64,000 bases of DNA from Escherichia coli (lineage in GTDB: Bacteria > Pseudomonadota > Gammaproteobacteria > Enterobacterales > Enterobacteriaceae), in the NCBI RefSeq assembly GCF_965641715.1, contig NZ_OZ282453.1, one strand, 5' to 3'. The position numbers and the translations under genes were made by a program. The notes under the pieces were generated by a model, which saw only the letters and a list, made by a program, of their open reading frames with translations, searched no databases and had not been told where the DNA came from. Shown here piece by piece: positions 10,255-22,606 of this stretch. Each line of letters opens with the position of its first letter. Position 1 is the first letter of the stretch.

Positions 10255-12270
10255 ATGGCTGAACTGACTGCGCTTCACACATTAACAGCGCAAATGAAAC
10301 GTGAAGGGATCCGCCGCTTGCTGGTGTTGAGCGGGGAAGAGGGTTGGTGTTTTGATCATGCGCTTAAGTTACGTGATGCCTTACCTGGCGACTGGCTGTG
10401 GATTTCGCCGCAGCCAGATGCTGAAAACCACTGTTCTCCCTCGGCACTACAAACTTTACTTGGGCGCGAGTTCCGGCATGCGGTATTCGACGCCCGCCAC
10501 GGCTTTGATGCCGCTGCCTTTGCCGCACTTAGCGGAACGTTGAAAGCGGGAAGCTGGCTGGTTTTGTTACTCCCTGTATGGGAAGAGTGGGAAAACCAAC
10601 CTGATGCCGACTCGCTGCGCTGGAGTGATTGCCCTGACCCTATTGCGACGCCGCATTTTGTCCAGCATTTCAAACGCGTACTTACGGCGGATAACGACGC
10701 TATCCTCTGGCGGCAAAACCAGCCGTTCTCGTTGGCGCATTTTACTCCCCGTACTGACTGGCACCCCGCGACCGGCGCACCACAACCAGAACAACAGCAA
10801 CTCTTACAGCAGCTACTGACCATGCCGTCGGGCGTGGCAGCGGTAACTGCTGCGCGTGGGCGCGGTAAATCGGCGCTGGCAGGGCAACTCATTTCTCGTA
10901 TTGCGGGCAGTGCGATTGTCACTGCGCCCGCAAAAGCGGCAACGGATGTACTGGCACAATTTGCGGGCGAGAAGTTTCGCTTTATTGCGCCGGATGCCTT
11001 GTTAGCCAGCGATGAGCAAGCCGACTGGCTGGTGGTCGATGAAGCCGCAGCCATACCTGCGCCGTTGTTGCATCAACTGGTATCGCGTTTTCCTCGAACG
11101 TTGTTAACCACTACGGTGCAGGGCTACGAAGGCACCGGACGTGGTTTTTTGCTGAAATTTTGCGCTCGCTTTCCGCATTTACACCGTTTTGAACTGCAAC
11201 AGCCGATCCGCTGGGCACAGGGATGCCCGCTGGAAAAAATGGTTAGTGAGGCACTGGTTTTTGACGATGAAAACTTCACCCATACACCACAAGGCAATAT
11301 TGTCATTTCCGCATTTGAACAGACGTTATGGCGAATCGAGCCAGAAACGCCGTTAAAGGTTTATCAGTTATTGTCTGGTGCGCACTACCGGACTTCGCCA
11401 CTGGATTTACGCCGCATGATGGATGCACCAGGGCAACATTTTTTACAGGCGGCTGGCGAAAACGAGATTGCCGGAGCGCTGTGGCTGGTGGATGAGGGTG
11501 GATTATCTCAAGAACTCAGTCAGGCGGTATGGGCAGGTTTTCGTCGCCCGCGGGGTAATCTGGTGGCCCAGTCGCTGGCGGCGCACGGCAGCAATCCACT
11601 GGCGGCGACATTGCGTGGACGGCGGGTCAGCCGGATTGCAGTCCATCCGGCGCGTCAGCGCGAAGGCGTTGGGCAACAGCTCATTGCCAGCGCTTTGCAA
11701 TATAGGCCTGGCCTCGACTATCTTTCGGTGAGTTTTGGTTACACCGGGGAGTTATGGCGTTTCTGGCAACGCTGCGGTTTTGTGCTGGTGCGAATGGGTA
11801 ATCATCGTGAAGCCAGCAGCGGTTGCTATACGGCGATGGCGCTGTTACCGATGAGTGATGCGGGTAAACAGCTGGCTGAACGTGAGCATTACCGTTTACG
11901 TCGCGATGCGCAAGCTCTCGCGCAGTGGAATGGCGAAATGCTTCCTGTTGATCCACTAAACGATATCGTGCTTTCTGACGACGACTGGCTTGAACTGGCC
12001 GGTTTTGCTTTCGCTCATCGTCCGCTATTAACATCGTTAGGTTGCTTATTGCGTCTGCTACAAACCAGTGAACTGGCATTACCGGCGCTGCGTGGGCGTT
12101 TACAGAAAAACGCCAGTGACGCGCAGTTATGTACCACACTTAAACTTTCAGGCCGCAAGATGTTACTGGTCCGTCAGCGGGAAGAGGCCGCACAGGCGCT
12201 GTTCGCACTTAATGAGGTTCGCACTGAGCGTCTGCGCGATCGCATAACGCAATGGCAATTTTTTCACTGA
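10255..12270 (+). CDS. tmcA: tRNA(Met) cytidine acetyltransferase TmcA (YpfI)
   Basis: 671-aa ORF with a helicase-like P-loop (TAARGRGKSA) and a C-terminal GNAT region. Matches TmcA. Confidence 0.9.
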   Translation: MAELTALHTLTAQMKREGIRRLLVLSGEEGWCFDHALKLRDALPGDWLWISPQPDAENHCSPSALQTLLGREFRHAVFDARHGFDAAAFAALSGTLKAGSWLVLLLPVWEEWENQPDADSLRWSDCPDPIATPHFVQHFKRVLTADNDAILWRQNQPFSLAHFTPRTDWHPATGAPQPEQQQLLQQLLTMPSGVAAVTAARGRGKSALAGQLISRIAGSAIVTAPAKAATDVLAQFAGEKFRFIAPDALLASDEQADWLVVDEAAAIPAPLLHQLVSRFPRTLLTTTVQGYEGTGRGFLLKFCARFPHLHRFELQQPIRWAQGCPLEKMVSEALVFDDENFTHTPQGNIVISAFEQTLWRIEPETPLKVYQLLSGAHYRTSPLDLRRMMDAPGQHFLQAAGENEIAGALWLVDEGGLSQELSQAVWAGFRRPRGNLVAQSLAAHGSNPLAATLRGRRVSRIAVHPARQREGVGQQLIASALQYRPGLDYLSVSFGYTGELWRFWQRCGFVLVRMGNHREASSGCYTAMALLPMSDAGKQLAEREHYRLRRDAQALAQWNGEMLPVDPLNDIVLSDDDWLELAGFAFAHRPLLTSLGCLLRLLQTSELALPALRGRLQKNASDAQLCTTLKLSGRKMLLVRQREEAAQALFALNEVRTERLRDRITQWQFFH

Positions 12271-12343
12271 CTCCTTCAATTTTCTCCCATGGTCATTGTG
12301 AGTCAGCGGCGTAAAATTAATAACATCAGTTAAGGAGTTCGCC

Positions 12344-13042
12344 ATGAAACATGACCATTTTGTTGTTCAAAGCCCGGATAAACCTGCGCAACAGTTGTTA
12401 CTGCTTTTCCACGGTGTCGGGGATAACCCGGTGGCAATGGGGGAAATAGGCAGCTGGTTTGCGCCGCTATTTCCTGATGCGCTGGTGGTGAGTGTCGGAG
12501 GCGCGGAGCCGAGCGGTAATCCGGCGGGGCGTCAGTGGTTTTCGGTGCAGGGTATTACGGAAGATAATCGCCAGGCGCGTGTGGATGCGATCATGCCGAC
12601 GTTTATTGAAACGGTACGCTACTGGCAGAAACAGAGTGGAGTAGGGGCTAACGCCACGGCGCTAATTGGTTTCTCACAAGGCGCGATTATGGCGCTGGAG
12701 AGCATTAAAGCCGAACCGGGCCTTGCCTCACGCGTCATTGCCTTTAACGGACGCTATGCGAGCCTGCCGGAAACCGCGTCTACAGCCACGACAATTCACC
12801 TGATTCATGGCGGTGAAGATCCGGTTATCGATCTGGCGCATGCAGTTGCGGCGCAGGAAGCGTTAATCAGTGCCGGTGGTGACGTGACGCTGGATATCGT
12901 GGAGGATTTAGGCCATGCGATCGACAATCGCAGTATGCAATTTGCCCTGGATCACTTGCGTTATACCATTCCGAAACATTATTTCGACGAAGCGCTAAGT
13001 GGCGGTAAGCCTGGCGATGATGATGTGATTGAAATGATGTAA
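12344..13042 (+). CDS. ypfH: Esterase YpfH (alpha/beta hydrolase)
   Basis: 232-aa ORF with a GFSQG nucleophile elbow. Matches YpfH. Confidence 0.85.
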   Translation: MKHDHFVVQSPDKPAQQLLLLFHGVGDNPVAMGEIGSWFAPLFPDALVVSVGGAEPSGNPAGRQWFSVQGITEDNRQARVDAIMPTFIETVRYWQKQSGVGANATALIGFSQGAIMALESIKAEPGLASRVIAFNGRYASLPETASTATTIHLIHGGEDPVIDLAHAVAAQEALISAGGDVTLDIVEDLGHAIDNRSMQFALDHLRYTIPKHYFDEALSGGKPGDDDVIEMM

Positions 13043-13047
13043 TAATA

Positions 13048-13120
13048 GCCGGGTAGGGCTGATAAGACCGTATCAGACATCATGGCCGGATGCGGCGTGA
13101 ACGCCTTATCCGGCCACTCA
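13048..13120. repeat. REP elements in the ypfH-ypfN intergenic region
   Basis: gccgggtagggctgataagaccgtatcagacatcatggccggatgcggcgtgaacgccttatccggcc. Confidence 0.7.
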
Positions 13121-13122
13121 GC

Positions 13123-13323
13123 TTACTTCTTCGGTTGATCCTTTTTCGGCCAGTCGTCGTCATCGTCCCACTTATCGTTGAAATCACGATGCGGGGGAAG
13201 CTCCGGCTTGTTGGCGAGAAATTTCTTATGGTCGACGCGCTTGAGATCTTTAATCACGTTCAGCAGGACGCCTACCAAAAAGACAATCACCAGAATCCAC
13301 CAATATTTAGCCAGCCAGTCCAT
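13123..13323 (-). CDS. ypfN: Small membrane protein YpfN (UPF0370)
   Basis: [27 protein letters not shown]... is a 66-aa single-TM protein with an acidic tail, inside ORF 13123..13347. Confidence 0.8.
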
Positions 13324-13350
13324 GCTTATTTCCTCTTGCAGAACCACTCA

Positions 13351-14478
13351 TCACGCGACGAGCTGTTCCATGATACGTTGATACATACGGGCAAGTAGCT
13401 GCAGGTCGGCAGCGTTCACACATTCATTAATTTTATGAATAGTGGCATTGACCGGCCCGAGTTCCACCACCTGCGCCCCCATGCGGGCAATAAAGCGCCC
13501 GTCGGACGTTCCGCCTGTGGTCAGTAGCTGCGGTTTAATTTCATTATAGTGCTCAACCGCGTTAACGACCGCATCCACCAGTTTACCGCGCGCGGTCAAA
13601 AATGGCTGCCCGGAAAGCCACCAGTCCACCGTATAACGCAGTTGATGTTTTTCAAGCAGGGCAAGTACCTGCGCTTTGATCATCTCATCAGTCAGTTCGG
13701 TACTGAAGCGGAAGTTAAACTGCACAAACAGTTCACCCGGAATAACGTTGTTACTGCCCGTTCCCGCCTGAATATTGGCAATCTGCATACTGGTCGCCGG
13801 GAAGAATTCATTGCCTTGATCCCACTCAATAGCCACTAATTCATTAAGGAAAGGTGCTGCGCGATGTACCGGATTGTCAGCCAGATGTGGGTAGGCAACA
13901 TGCCCCTGAACGCCATGAATGGTTAGGTTGCAGGTTAACGATCCGCGACGACCATTTTTCACCACATCACCTACCACTTCGATACTCGACGGTTCGCCGA
14001 CCAGGCAGTAATCGAGACGCTCATTACGTGCCATTAACGCTTCGACGACTTTTACCGTACCATTGTGTGCACTGGCTTCTTCATCAGAGGTGATCAGAAA
14101 TGCCAGTCGCCCCGTATGGTTGGGATGTTGTGCGACAAAACGTTCTGCCGCTACCACCATCGCCGCCAGCGAGCCTTTCATATCTGCCGCACCGCGCCCG
14201 AATAACATGCCGTCACGAATGGTTGGTTCAAACGGCGGATTGATCCAACGGTCGGCGTCGCCAGGCGGCACCACGTCGGTATGCCCGGCAAAGGCTAACG
14301 TTTCACCTTGCCCACGCCATGCCCAAAAATTCTGCGTATCGGCAAAGTCCATGCGTTCAACGGTAAAACCGATCGCCTGCAAACGTTCAATCAACAAAGC
14401 CTGGCATCCTGCGTCATCAGGACTCAGGGAAGGGCGGCGAATAAGCTGTTGTGTCAGCTCAATAACCGGGCACGACAT
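13351..14478 (-). CDS. dapE: Succinyl-diaminopimelate desuccinylase
   Basis: 375-aa M20 peptidase-family ORF. Matches DapE. Confidence 0.9.
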
Positions 14479-14481
14479 AGA

Positions 14482-14856
<375 letters not shown>

Positions 14857-15218
14857 TTATGAGAATAAATACTCATTTAAGGGTGAAAACATTTTGCCTG
14901 CAAATGATTATCAGGAAATATAACATTATCGAAGTATTCAAATTAACAACTATTAAATAATATTAAACATTTTTAACGTAAACATTAAGAATATTCATCT
15001 TGTTATCTGTCTGTATTTTAACCAGAATTAAATCAGTATTAGATGCCGTATGAATATCTCGAAATGTTGCTGTGTATCACATACAAATTATCACCGCAGG
15101 ACCATAGTATTTACATAAGGTTTGTCCCCCGGAGGTAGTCATCGCAGCAATCGAGTAAATTAGCTTCACCACGGTATATTGTTTCCGTAGAATACCCATA
15201 ATTATAAGAGAGGTTGTT

Positions 15219-15278
15219 ATGATTGAACGTGAACTGGGGAACTGGAAAGACTTTATCGAAGTTATGCTTCGTAAGTAA
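15219..15278 (+). CDS. ypfM: 19-aa small protein YpfM (stress-induced micro-ORF)
   Basis: atgattgaacgtgaactggggaactggaaagactttatcgaagttatgcttcgtaagtaa encodes MIERELGNWKDFIEVMLRK, the exact known YpfM peptide. SD gagagg lies upstream. Below the 60-aa ORF-track cutoff. Confidence 0.75.
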   Translation: MIERELGNWKDFIEVMLRK

Positions 15279-15338
15279 TTCCTGAGACAAAGTATAAACA
15301 GCAAGAACCCGCTGAGCAGGTTCTTAATCGGAAAGTTG

Positions 15339-15372
15339 AAAAAGGCGACACATTGGCATGTCGCCTTTTTTA
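15339..15372. terminator. Rho-independent (bidirectional) terminator between ypfM and acrD
   Basis: aaaaaGGCGACAcattggcatGTCGCCtttttt is a perfect 7-bp stem flanked by A- and T-runs, a few bp from the acrD stop. Confidence 0.6.
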
Positions 15373-15376
15373 TTGC

Positions 15377-18300
15377 TTATTCCGGGCGCGGCTTCAGCGG
15401 GAAGCGGCGGCGCACCAGCACAAAGAACAGCGGCACGAAGTAAATAGCCAGAATAGTAGCCGAAATCATCCCGCCCATTACGCCAGTACCCACCGCATGC
15501 TGACCACCGGAACCGGCACCCGTGCTGGTTGCCATTGGCAATACGCCGAAGATAAATGCCAGCGAGGTCATCAGAATCGGGCGTAAACGCTGACGGCAGG
15601 CGTGGAGCGTCGCTTCAAACAGGTCGTGGCCTTTTTGGTTCATCTCGTTAGCAAACTCGACGATCAGGATGGCGTTTTTCGCCGATAAACCAATGACCGT
15701 TAACAGGCCCACCTGGAAGTAAACGTCGTTTTCCAGCCCGCGCATCCAGGTTGCCAGCAGCGCGCCGATTACCCCCAGCGGCACGACCAGCATTACCGAG
15801 AACGGTACCGACCAGCTTTCATACAATGCAGCCAGACACAGGAATACCACCAGCAAGGAAATGGCGTACAGCGCCGGAGCCTGCGCGCCGGAAAGCCGCT
15901 CCTGATACGACATCGCCGTCCACTCCAGACCAAAGCCGTTTGGTAGCTGCTTCACTAACGATTCCATAATATCCATCGCCGTACCGGTACTGACCCCCGG
16001 TGCGGCTTCCCCAACAATTTCAACCGCAGAATAACCGTTATAGCGTTCCAGACGCGGCGAGCCTGTCTCCCAGCGTGAGGTCGCGAAAGCAGAGAAGGGC
16101 ACCATGCCGCCATCTTTATTTCGGACATACCAGAGATTGATGTCATCTGGCAGCATGCGATACGGCGCAGCTGCCTGCACATAGACTTTCTTCACGCGAC
16201 CGCGATCCATAAAGTCATTCACATAGCTCGAACCCCAGGCGGTTTGCAGTGTGTCGTTAATATCGTCGATAGCAACGCCCAGCGCCTGAGCTTTACGCTG
16301 GTCGATATCAATCTGCAACTGCGGACTGTCGTCGAGGCCGTTATGGCGCACACGGGTTAGCTCCGGGTTTTCCGCCGCCAGCGCCAGCAACTGGTTACGT
16401 GCTGCCATCAGCGCATCGTGACCTGCTCCAGCGTGGTCCTGCAACTCCATATCAAAACCTGCAGAACTACCAAGACCGCTAATTGCTGGCGGGCTGCTGG
16501 CGATAACGCGAGCTTCTTTAATTTGGTTAAACGCCTTTGTTGCACGCTCGATAATGGCAAACGAGGTGCCGGTCTTACTGTCGCGTTCGCTCCAGTCTTT
16601 CAGGCGGATAAACATTCGCGCCACGTTTTGCCCGTTACCCCCAGGGCCAGAACCAACAGTGGCAAACACCGACATGATGTTGTCTTTTTCATGGGTGAAG
16701 TAATATTTCTCGATTTGCTCAACGACTTTCAGGGTCTGTTGTTGGGTTGAACCGCTGGGCAATTGTACCGAGGTAGTAAACATGCCACGGTCTTCCAGCG
16801 GTAAGAACGACGTCGGCAAACGCAGGAACAGGAACACCATGCCGCCAAGCAGCAGGACATAAATCACAATCCAGCGCAGGCTACGGTGGAGAATTTTCGC
16901 CACCCCTTTTTCGTAGCGTTCGGCGTTGCGGTTAAACATCTGGTTAAACCAGGCAAAAAAGCCTTTTTGCCCGTGATGCTCACCTTTTTTCAGTGGCTTA
17001 AGTAGCGTGGCACACAGAGCCGGAGTGAGGATCATCGCTACCAGTACTGACAGCACCATCGCCGCAACAATGGTAATAGAGAACTGGCGATAGATGGCAC
17101 CGGTGGTGCCGCCGAAGAAGGCCATTGGTACAAATACCGCCGAAAGCACCATCGCAATCCCGACCAGTGCCCCCTGGATCTGCCCCATCGATTTACGTGT
17201 GGCTTCGCGAGGAGTGAGTCCTTCCTCACTCATAATACGTTCGACGTTTTCCACCACCACGATGGCGTCATCCACCAGCAGACCGATCGCCAGTACCATC
17301 GCGAACATGGTTAAGGTGTTGACGCTGTAACCGAAGGCGTAAAGTACGGAGAAGGTTCCCATCAACACCACCGGCACGGCGATAGTGGGTATCAGCGTGG
17401 CGCGGAAGTTTTGCAGGAACAGATACATAACGAGGAAAACCAGAGCGATAGCTTCCAGCAGCGTTTTCACCACGTCTTCAATGGAGGCTTTAACAAACGA
17501 GGTGGTTTCATACGCCACCTTGTATTCCAGTCCGTGCGGGAAGTACTGCGCCAGCTCGTCGAGACGATTGAGCACCAGCTCCGCTGTCGCCATTTCGTTT
17601 GCGCCGGAGGCCAGTTTTACCCCCAACCCGGAGGCTGGCTTACCATTGAAGCGGCTAAGATAATCGTATTTCTCCGCCCCCATCTCGACGGTGGCGACAT
17701 CGCCCAGCCTTACCTCTGAGCCGTCCTGATTCACCCGCAAGGTGATATCGCGGAACTGTTCTGGTGTTTGCAGCAGTGACTGGGCGTTAATGGTGGCGTT
17801 GAGCGCCTGCTTATCGACGGAAGGTGTACCCCCAAGTTGCCCAACCGCAATCTGCGCGTTCTGTGACTCAATGGCATCAGTGACATCTTTAGCCGTCATC
17901 TGGAAACTGTTGAGTTTCGCCGGGTCCAGCCAGATACGCATGGAATATTGCGAACCATAGGCATCGATATCCCCGACGCCATTCACGCGGCTTAACGGGT
18001 CCTGAATATTACTGGCAACATAATCGGCAATATCCTGTTTATCCATCGAACCATCGGTAGAGACGAAGGCAATGGTCAGAATGTTGGTATCGCCGGTTTT
18101 ACGCACCGTCACGCCCTGATTTTGCACCGCCTGCGGTAACTTTCGCATGGCTGATTGCAGCTGGTTTTGTACTTGCTGCACGGCTTCGTCCGGATCGGTG
18201 CCTGCTTTAAAACTTAAAGTGACAGATGCCTGACCGGTGCCACTGCTCTGAGATGACATATACATGAGATTATCGAGGCCAGTCATATTTTGCTCGATAA

Positions 18301-18490
18301 CCTGGGTCACGGTGTTTTCCAGCGTCTGGGCCGATGCGCCGGGATAGTTAGCGGTCACTCGCACATTCGGTGGCGCGAGATCGGGGTATTGTTCAACGGG
18401 CAATGAAAAAATCGCCAGGGTACCTGTCAGACACAACAGGATTGCCAGCACCCAGGCAAAAATGGGGCGATCAATAAAGAAATTCGCCAT
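15377..18490 (-). CDS. acrD: RND aminoglycoside efflux pump AcrD
   Basis: 1037-aa 12-TM RND transporter, [18 protein letters not shown]... Matches AcrD. Confidence 0.9.
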   Translation of the reverse strand: MANFFIDRPIFAWVLAILLCLTGTLAIFSLPVEQYPDLAPPNVRVTANYPGASAQTLENTVTQVIEQNMTGLDNLMYMSSQSSGTGQASVTLSFKAGTDPDEAVQQVQNQLQSAMRKLPQAVQNQGVTVRKTGDTNILTIAFVSTDGSMDKQDIADYVASNIQDPLSRVNGVGDIDAYGSQYSMRIWLDPAKLNSFQMTAKDVTDAIESQNAQIAVGQLGGTPSVDKQALNATINAQSLLQTPEQFRDITLRVNQDGSEVRLGDVATVEMGAEKYDYLSRFNGKPASGLGVKLASGANEMATAELVLNRLDELAQYFPHGLEYKVAYETTSFVKASIEDVVKTLLEAIALVFLVMYLFLQNFRATLIPTIAVPVVLMGTFSVLYAFGYSVNTLTMFAMVLAIGLLVDDAIVVVENVERIMSEEGLTPREATRKSMGQIQGALVGIAMVLSAVFVPMAFFGGTTGAIYRQFSITIVAAMVLSVLVAMILTPALCATLLKPLKKGEHHGQKGFFAWFNQMFNRNAERYEKGVAKILHRSLRWIVIYVLLLGGMVFLFLRLPTSFLPLEDRGMFTTSVQLPSGSTQQQTLKVVEQIEKYYFTHEKDNIMSVFATVGSGPGGNGQNVARMFIRLKDWSERDSKTGTSFAIIERATKAFNQIKEARVIASSPPAISGLGSSAGFDMELQDHAGAGHDALMAARNQLLALAAENPELTRVRHNGLDDSPQLQIDIDQRKAQALGVAIDDINDTLQTAWGSSYVNDFMDRGRVKKVYVQAAAPYRMLPDDINLWYVRNKDGGMVPFSAFATSRWETGSPRLERYNGYSAVEIVGEAAPGVSTGTAMDIMESLVKQLPNGFGLEWTAMSYQERLSGAQAPALYAISLLVVFLCLAALYESWSVPFSVMLVVPLGVIGALLATWMRGLENDVYFQVGLLTVIGLSAKNAILIVEFANEMNQKGHDLFEATLHACRQRLRPILMTSLAFIFGVLPMATSTGAGSGGQHAVGTGVMGGMISATILAIYFVPLFFVLVRRRFPLKPRPE

Positions 18491-18653
18491 TAAAAGAGGA
18501 CCTCGTGTTTCTGCGTATCGTTGTAGGCTTGACTTGCTTCACTGTAGCGGCAAGGTACGAGCCAATCGTGGAGAAAAAAAGGAGTTAATGTAAATTATCA
18601 TGCCCTTTTATACTGAACCTTAAGTGCAAGTATTCTTTGGTCAGTAGGAGGCA

Positions 18654-20354
18654 TTACATTAACTGACTTTCCTCACCCTCCGCAGAGCGAAAGCTAATAC
18701 TCACTAACGTGCCGCCGCCGGAAGGTTGTGAAAAAGTCAGCGTCCCACCCAGCCGTTCCGCGCGTTCGCGCATGATATTCAGACCATAATGACCTTCGGG
18801 TTCTTTCGGTTCACCGATACCAATCCCGTTATCACGGATATAAACCGTGTGATTGCCGTCCGGCGCGGTGACGCAACTGACGGCAATTTCGCTGGCGTTG
18901 GCGTGCTTCATCGCATTTAGCACCGCTTCGCGAATAATTTGCAACAAATGCACCTGCATTTGCGCATCCAGCGCCAGGGTTGGCAGACGGCAGTCGAGGG
19001 TCAGTTTGGCGCTGGTTTGATTTTGTAACGTATCCAGCATTTCCCTCAACGCGGAGGGGAGATCCGCCTGCTGCAGCGTCAGGCGGAAAGTAGTCAACAG
19101 CTCGCGTAACTGCCGATAAGCATCATTCAACGCCTGGGAAAAATCGGCCATGATACTTTGTGCGGTGTCGTTATCTTCCGGTATCGAACGCTTCAGTAAC
19201 GTCAACTGGATACGTAAGTAAGAAAGCACCTGAGCCAGCGAGTCGTGCAATTCGCGGGCGATGGTCGCACGTTCTTCCATCAACAATAACTGCTGAAAAT
19301 GCTTCTGCGCCTGATTAAAGTACAAACCGCGTCCCAGCATCGACGAAACGCTGTTAAGCAGCGGTTCTGATGATGAAACGTGACTATTTTGCCAGTGCAG
19401 TTCGCCGTAAACCGTCTCTTGCATTGTCACCGGTAAAATCTGCATCGGCAATTCCGGGTTTGGTTGCCCTTCGCTAATCCGCCAGTTTTCACCGACATTT
19501 AACTCCAGATATTCAGCCGCTTCATTGTCGCGAACAATCTGCAAAATATGGCGGAAACAATGCACATCAATCTGGCTGGTGTTCAGCGCCTGCGAACACT
19601 GATACAACACCTCCAGACGACGCTTGGCCTCGTGGAGATCGCGGGTCTTTTCTTCTACTGACGCCTCCAGCGAACGGTACAATTTATGTAGCTCGCTCGA
19701 CATCTGGTTAAAGGTTTTTGCAAGCAGGCCAAGCTCATTCGGCAGGCTGGTATCCAGCGGTGGCGAGTCGAACTGTCCGTGTTCAATACGCTGACTGGCG
19801 GTAACCAGCTGATTCAGCGGGGCAACCACCTGATGGCGTATGCGGCGCAAAGTAAAAAAGACCAGCGTGAAAATACCGATGCCGCCAGCCAGGGAAATCG
19901 CCACCACCAGCAGCATTTTGCGTTCAGCGTAGTGCTGTAAAGCCAGCACGAACAGGTCTATCTGATTAACATAATTATTAATATTGGCCTGATACCACGG
20001 CAAGTCGCCCTTGCTGAGACGATTATTCATCTCCAGCCAGTTGGCATTCAGATGCGCATAGCGAGTTTTTACTGCCTCTGGCACATACCAGACGTTGAGG
20101 TTGGTTAATACCGGTGAATGCAGTGCCTGCTGAAATAACTGGCGATGTGCATTGAGTTGTGGACTGCCACTTTGCAAGTCGTAGCCCAGGCGGTAACTCT
20201 GCATACGCAGCGATCCGGCAATATTGATAGCCTCAGCGTCGCGCAAACTGCTCGCCAGAGTTAGCAGAGCGATACCCGTGGAAAGAATCGACAGCAGCAC
20301 AATGTAAAAAAAGGCCCGGGCCAGACTGGCCGAGACGGGTCGTTTAACAATCAC
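18654..20354 (-). CDS. narQ: Nitrate/nitrite sensor histidine kinase NarQ
   Basis: ORF 18654..20369. Known N-terminus (M)IVKRPVSASLARAFFY corresponds to a GTG start at 20354 (566 aa). HAMP domain, H-box (ARELHDSLAQ) and ATPase domain present. Confidence 0.85.
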   Translation of the reverse strand: MIVKRPVSASLARAFFYIVLLSILSTGIALLTLASSLRDAEAINIAGSLRMQSYRLGYDLQSGSPQLNAHRQLFQQALHSPVLTNLNVWYVPEAVKTRYAHLNANWLEMNNRLSKGDLPWYQANINNYVNQIDLFVLALQHYAERKMLLVVAISLAGGIGIFTLVFFTLRRIRHQVVAPLNQLVTASQRIEHGQFDSPPLDTSLPNELGLLAKTFNQMSSELHKLYRSLEASVEEKTRDLHEAKRRLEVLYQCSQALNTSQIDVHCFRHILQIVRDNEAAEYLELNVGENWRISEGQPNPELPMQILPVTMQETVYGELHWQNSHVSSSEPLLNSVSSMLGRGLYFNQAQKHFQQLLLMEERATIARELHDSLAQVLSYLRIQLTLLKRSIPEDNDTAQSIMADFSQALNDAYRQLRELLTTFRLTLQQADLPSALREMLDTLQNQTSAKLTLDCRLPTLALDAQMQVHLLQIIREAVLNAMKHANASEIAVSCVTAPDGNHTVYIRDNGIGIGEPKEPEGHYGLNIMRERAERLGGTLTFSQPSGGGTLVSISFRSAEGEESQLM

Positions 20355-20559
20355 ACGCGTCTTCTCCACAAAAAATCATTAATGTTCCAGTTCGCTGAAA
20401 CGCAATTTAGTCAGTGATGGGATTATTTGATCTGCCACAGTTTATAGCGAAATAGTTACTTATTCTGGGCACATGAACATTGCCGATTCCCCTGTAAGTC
20501 GGGTAATAACAACACTCATATAAAGAATAAGGTTTTTACAACCAAAAAAGAAGGTCGTT

Positions 20560-22539
20560 ATGAATCGTTTTATTATGGCCAACAGTCAGCAATGTCTGGG
20601 TTGTCATGCTTGTGAAATCGCTTGTGTCATGGCTCACAATGATGAGCAACATGTCCTGAGCCAACATCATTTTCATCCCCGAATTACGGTTATCAAACAT
20701 CAGCAGCAACGTAGTGCAGTGACCTGTCACCATTGTGAAGATGCGCCCTGCGCCCGTAGCTGCCCTAATGGCGCAATCAGCCACGTTGATGACAGCATTC
20801 AGGTCAATCAGCAAAAGTGTATTGGCTGTAAATCCTGCGTGGTGGCCTGTCCGTTTGGTACGATGCAAATCGTCCTGACACCCGTCGCAGCGGGCAAAGT
20901 TAAAGCCACGGCGCATAAATGCGACCTTTGTGCAGGGCGCGAAAACGGTCCTGCCTGTGTCGAGAATTGCCCGGCGGACGCGCTGCAGCTGGTCACTGAC
21001 GCCGCACTCTCAGGCATGGCGAAATCCCGCCGCTTGCGTACCGCACGTCAGGAACATCAACCGTGGCATGCCAGTACCGCTGCACAAGAAATGCCGGTAA
21101 TGAGTAAAGTCGAACAAATGCAGGCAACGCCCGCGCGTGGCGAGCCGGATAAACTGGCGATTGAAGCGCGCAAAACCGGTTTTGATGAAATTTATCTGCC
21201 ATTCCGTGCCGATCAGGCACAACGGGAAGCCTCGCGCTGCCTTAAATGCGGCGAGCACAGCGTTTGTGAATGGACCTGCCCGCTGCATAACCATATACCG
21301 CAGTGGATTGAACTGGTGAAAGCCGGAAACATCGACGCCGCCGTCGAGCTTTCTCACCTGACCAACACCCTGCCGGAAATTACCGGACGCGTTTGTCCGC
21401 AAGACCGTTTGTGTGAAGGTGCCTGTACTATTCGCGATGAGCACGGTGCGGTAACTATCGGCAACATTGAACGCTACATTTCAGATCAGGCGTTGGCGAA
21501 AGGTTGGCGCCCTGACTTAAGCCATGTCACCAAAGTGGACAAGCGGGTGGCGATTATCGGTGCAGGTCCGGCAGGGCTGGCCTGTGCGGATGTTCTGACC
21601 CGCAATGGCGTGGCGGTGACGGTGTACGATCGCCATCCAGAAATCGGTGGCTTGCTCACTTTCGGCATTCCTTCTTTCAAACTGGATAAATCCCTGCTGG
21701 CACGCCGTCGGGAAATCTTCAGCGCGATGGGGATTCACTTCGAACTCAATTGTGAAGTGGGTAAAGATGTCTCTTTGGATTCGCTTTTGGAACAATACGA
21801 CGCGGTCTTCGTTGGCGTAGGCACTTACCGTTCCATGAAAGCGGGTTTACCCAATGAAGATGCGCCGGGCGTTTATGACGCGCTGCCGTTCCTCATCGCC
21901 AACACTAAACAGGTGATGGGGCTCGAAGAGCTACCGGAAGAGCCGTTTATCAATACCGCCGGACTTAACGTCGTGGTACTGGGCGGCGGCGACACCGCGA
22001 TGGACTGTGTGCGTACTGCGCTGCGCCACGGCGCGAGTAACGTCACCTGCGCTTATCGTCGTGATGAAGCTAACATGCCAGGCTCGAAGAAAGAGGTGAA
22101 GAACGCCCGCGAAGAGGGGGCCAACTTCGAATTTAACGTCCAGCCGGTGGCGCTTGAGCTGAATGAACAAGGTCACGTTTGCGGGATTCGTTTCCTGCGT
22201 ACGCGTCTTGGCGAGCCGGATGCCCAGGGGCGTCGGCGTCCAGTACCGGTGGAAGGCAGTGAATTTGTCATGCCAGCCGACGCGGTGATTATGGCGTTTG
22301 GCTTCAATCCGCACGGGATGCCGTGGCTGGAGTCGCACGGTGTAACGGTAGACAAATGGGGCCGCATCATCGCGGATGTGGAAAGCCAGTACCGTTACCA
22401 GACCACCAATCCGAAAATCTTCGCCGGTGGCGACGCCGTGCGTGGTGCGGATCTGGTGGTTACCGCAATGGCAGAAGGACGTCATGCGGCACAGGGGATT
22501 ATTGACTGGCTGGGGGTAAAATCAGTCAAATCTCACTGA
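20560..22539 (+). CDS. aegA: Fe-S/FAD oxidoreductase AegA (GltD-like with N-terminal ferredoxin domain)
   Basis: 659-aa ORF with multiple Cx2Cx2Cx3CP clusters and a GltD-like FAD/NAD domain (IIGAGPAGLA). Divergent from narQ as in K-12. Confidence 0.9.
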   Translation: MNRFIMANSQQCLGCHACEIACVMAHNDEQHVLSQHHFHPRITVIKHQQQRSAVTCHHCEDAPCARSCPNGAISHVDDSIQVNQQKCIGCKSCVVACPFGTMQIVLTPVAAGKVKATAHKCDLCAGRENGPACVENCPADALQLVTDAALSGMAKSRRLRTARQEHQPWHASTAAQEMPVMSKVEQMQATPARGEPDKLAIEARKTGFDEIYLPFRADQAQREASRCLKCGEHSVCEWTCPLHNHIPQWIELVKAGNIDAAVELSHLTNTLPEITGRVCPQDRLCEGACTIRDEHGAVTIGNIERYISDQALAKGWRPDLSHVTKVDKRVAIIGAGPAGLACADVLTRNGVAVTVYDRHPEIGGLLTFGIPSFKLDKSLLARRREIFSAMGIHFELNCEVGKDVSLDSLLEQYDAVFVGVGTYRSMKAGLPNEDAPGVYDALPFLIANTKQVMGLEELPEEPFINTAGLNVVVLGGGDTAMDCVRTALRHGASNVTCAYRRDEANMPGSKKEVKNAREEGANFEFNVQPVALELNEQGHVCGIRFLRTRLGEPDAQGRRRPVPVEGSEFVMPADAVIMAFGFNPHGMPWLESHGVTVDKWGRIIADVESQYRYQTTNPKIFAGGDAVRGADLVVTAMAEGRHAAQGIIDWLGVKSVKSH

Positions 22540-22606
22540 TAGCCTGCGCAGACAAACCCGACTTCACAGCGTAATATAATTGTTCATTTCGCGCTGTGGA
22601 GTCGGT

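Noticed and set aside
15077-15304. 75-aa minus-strand ORF in the yffB-acrD intergenic region
   Set aside because: Lies in AT-rich promoter DNA and overlaps the genuine ypfM micro-ORF on the opposite strand. Hydrophobic, low-complexity translation typical of AT-rich chance ORFs.
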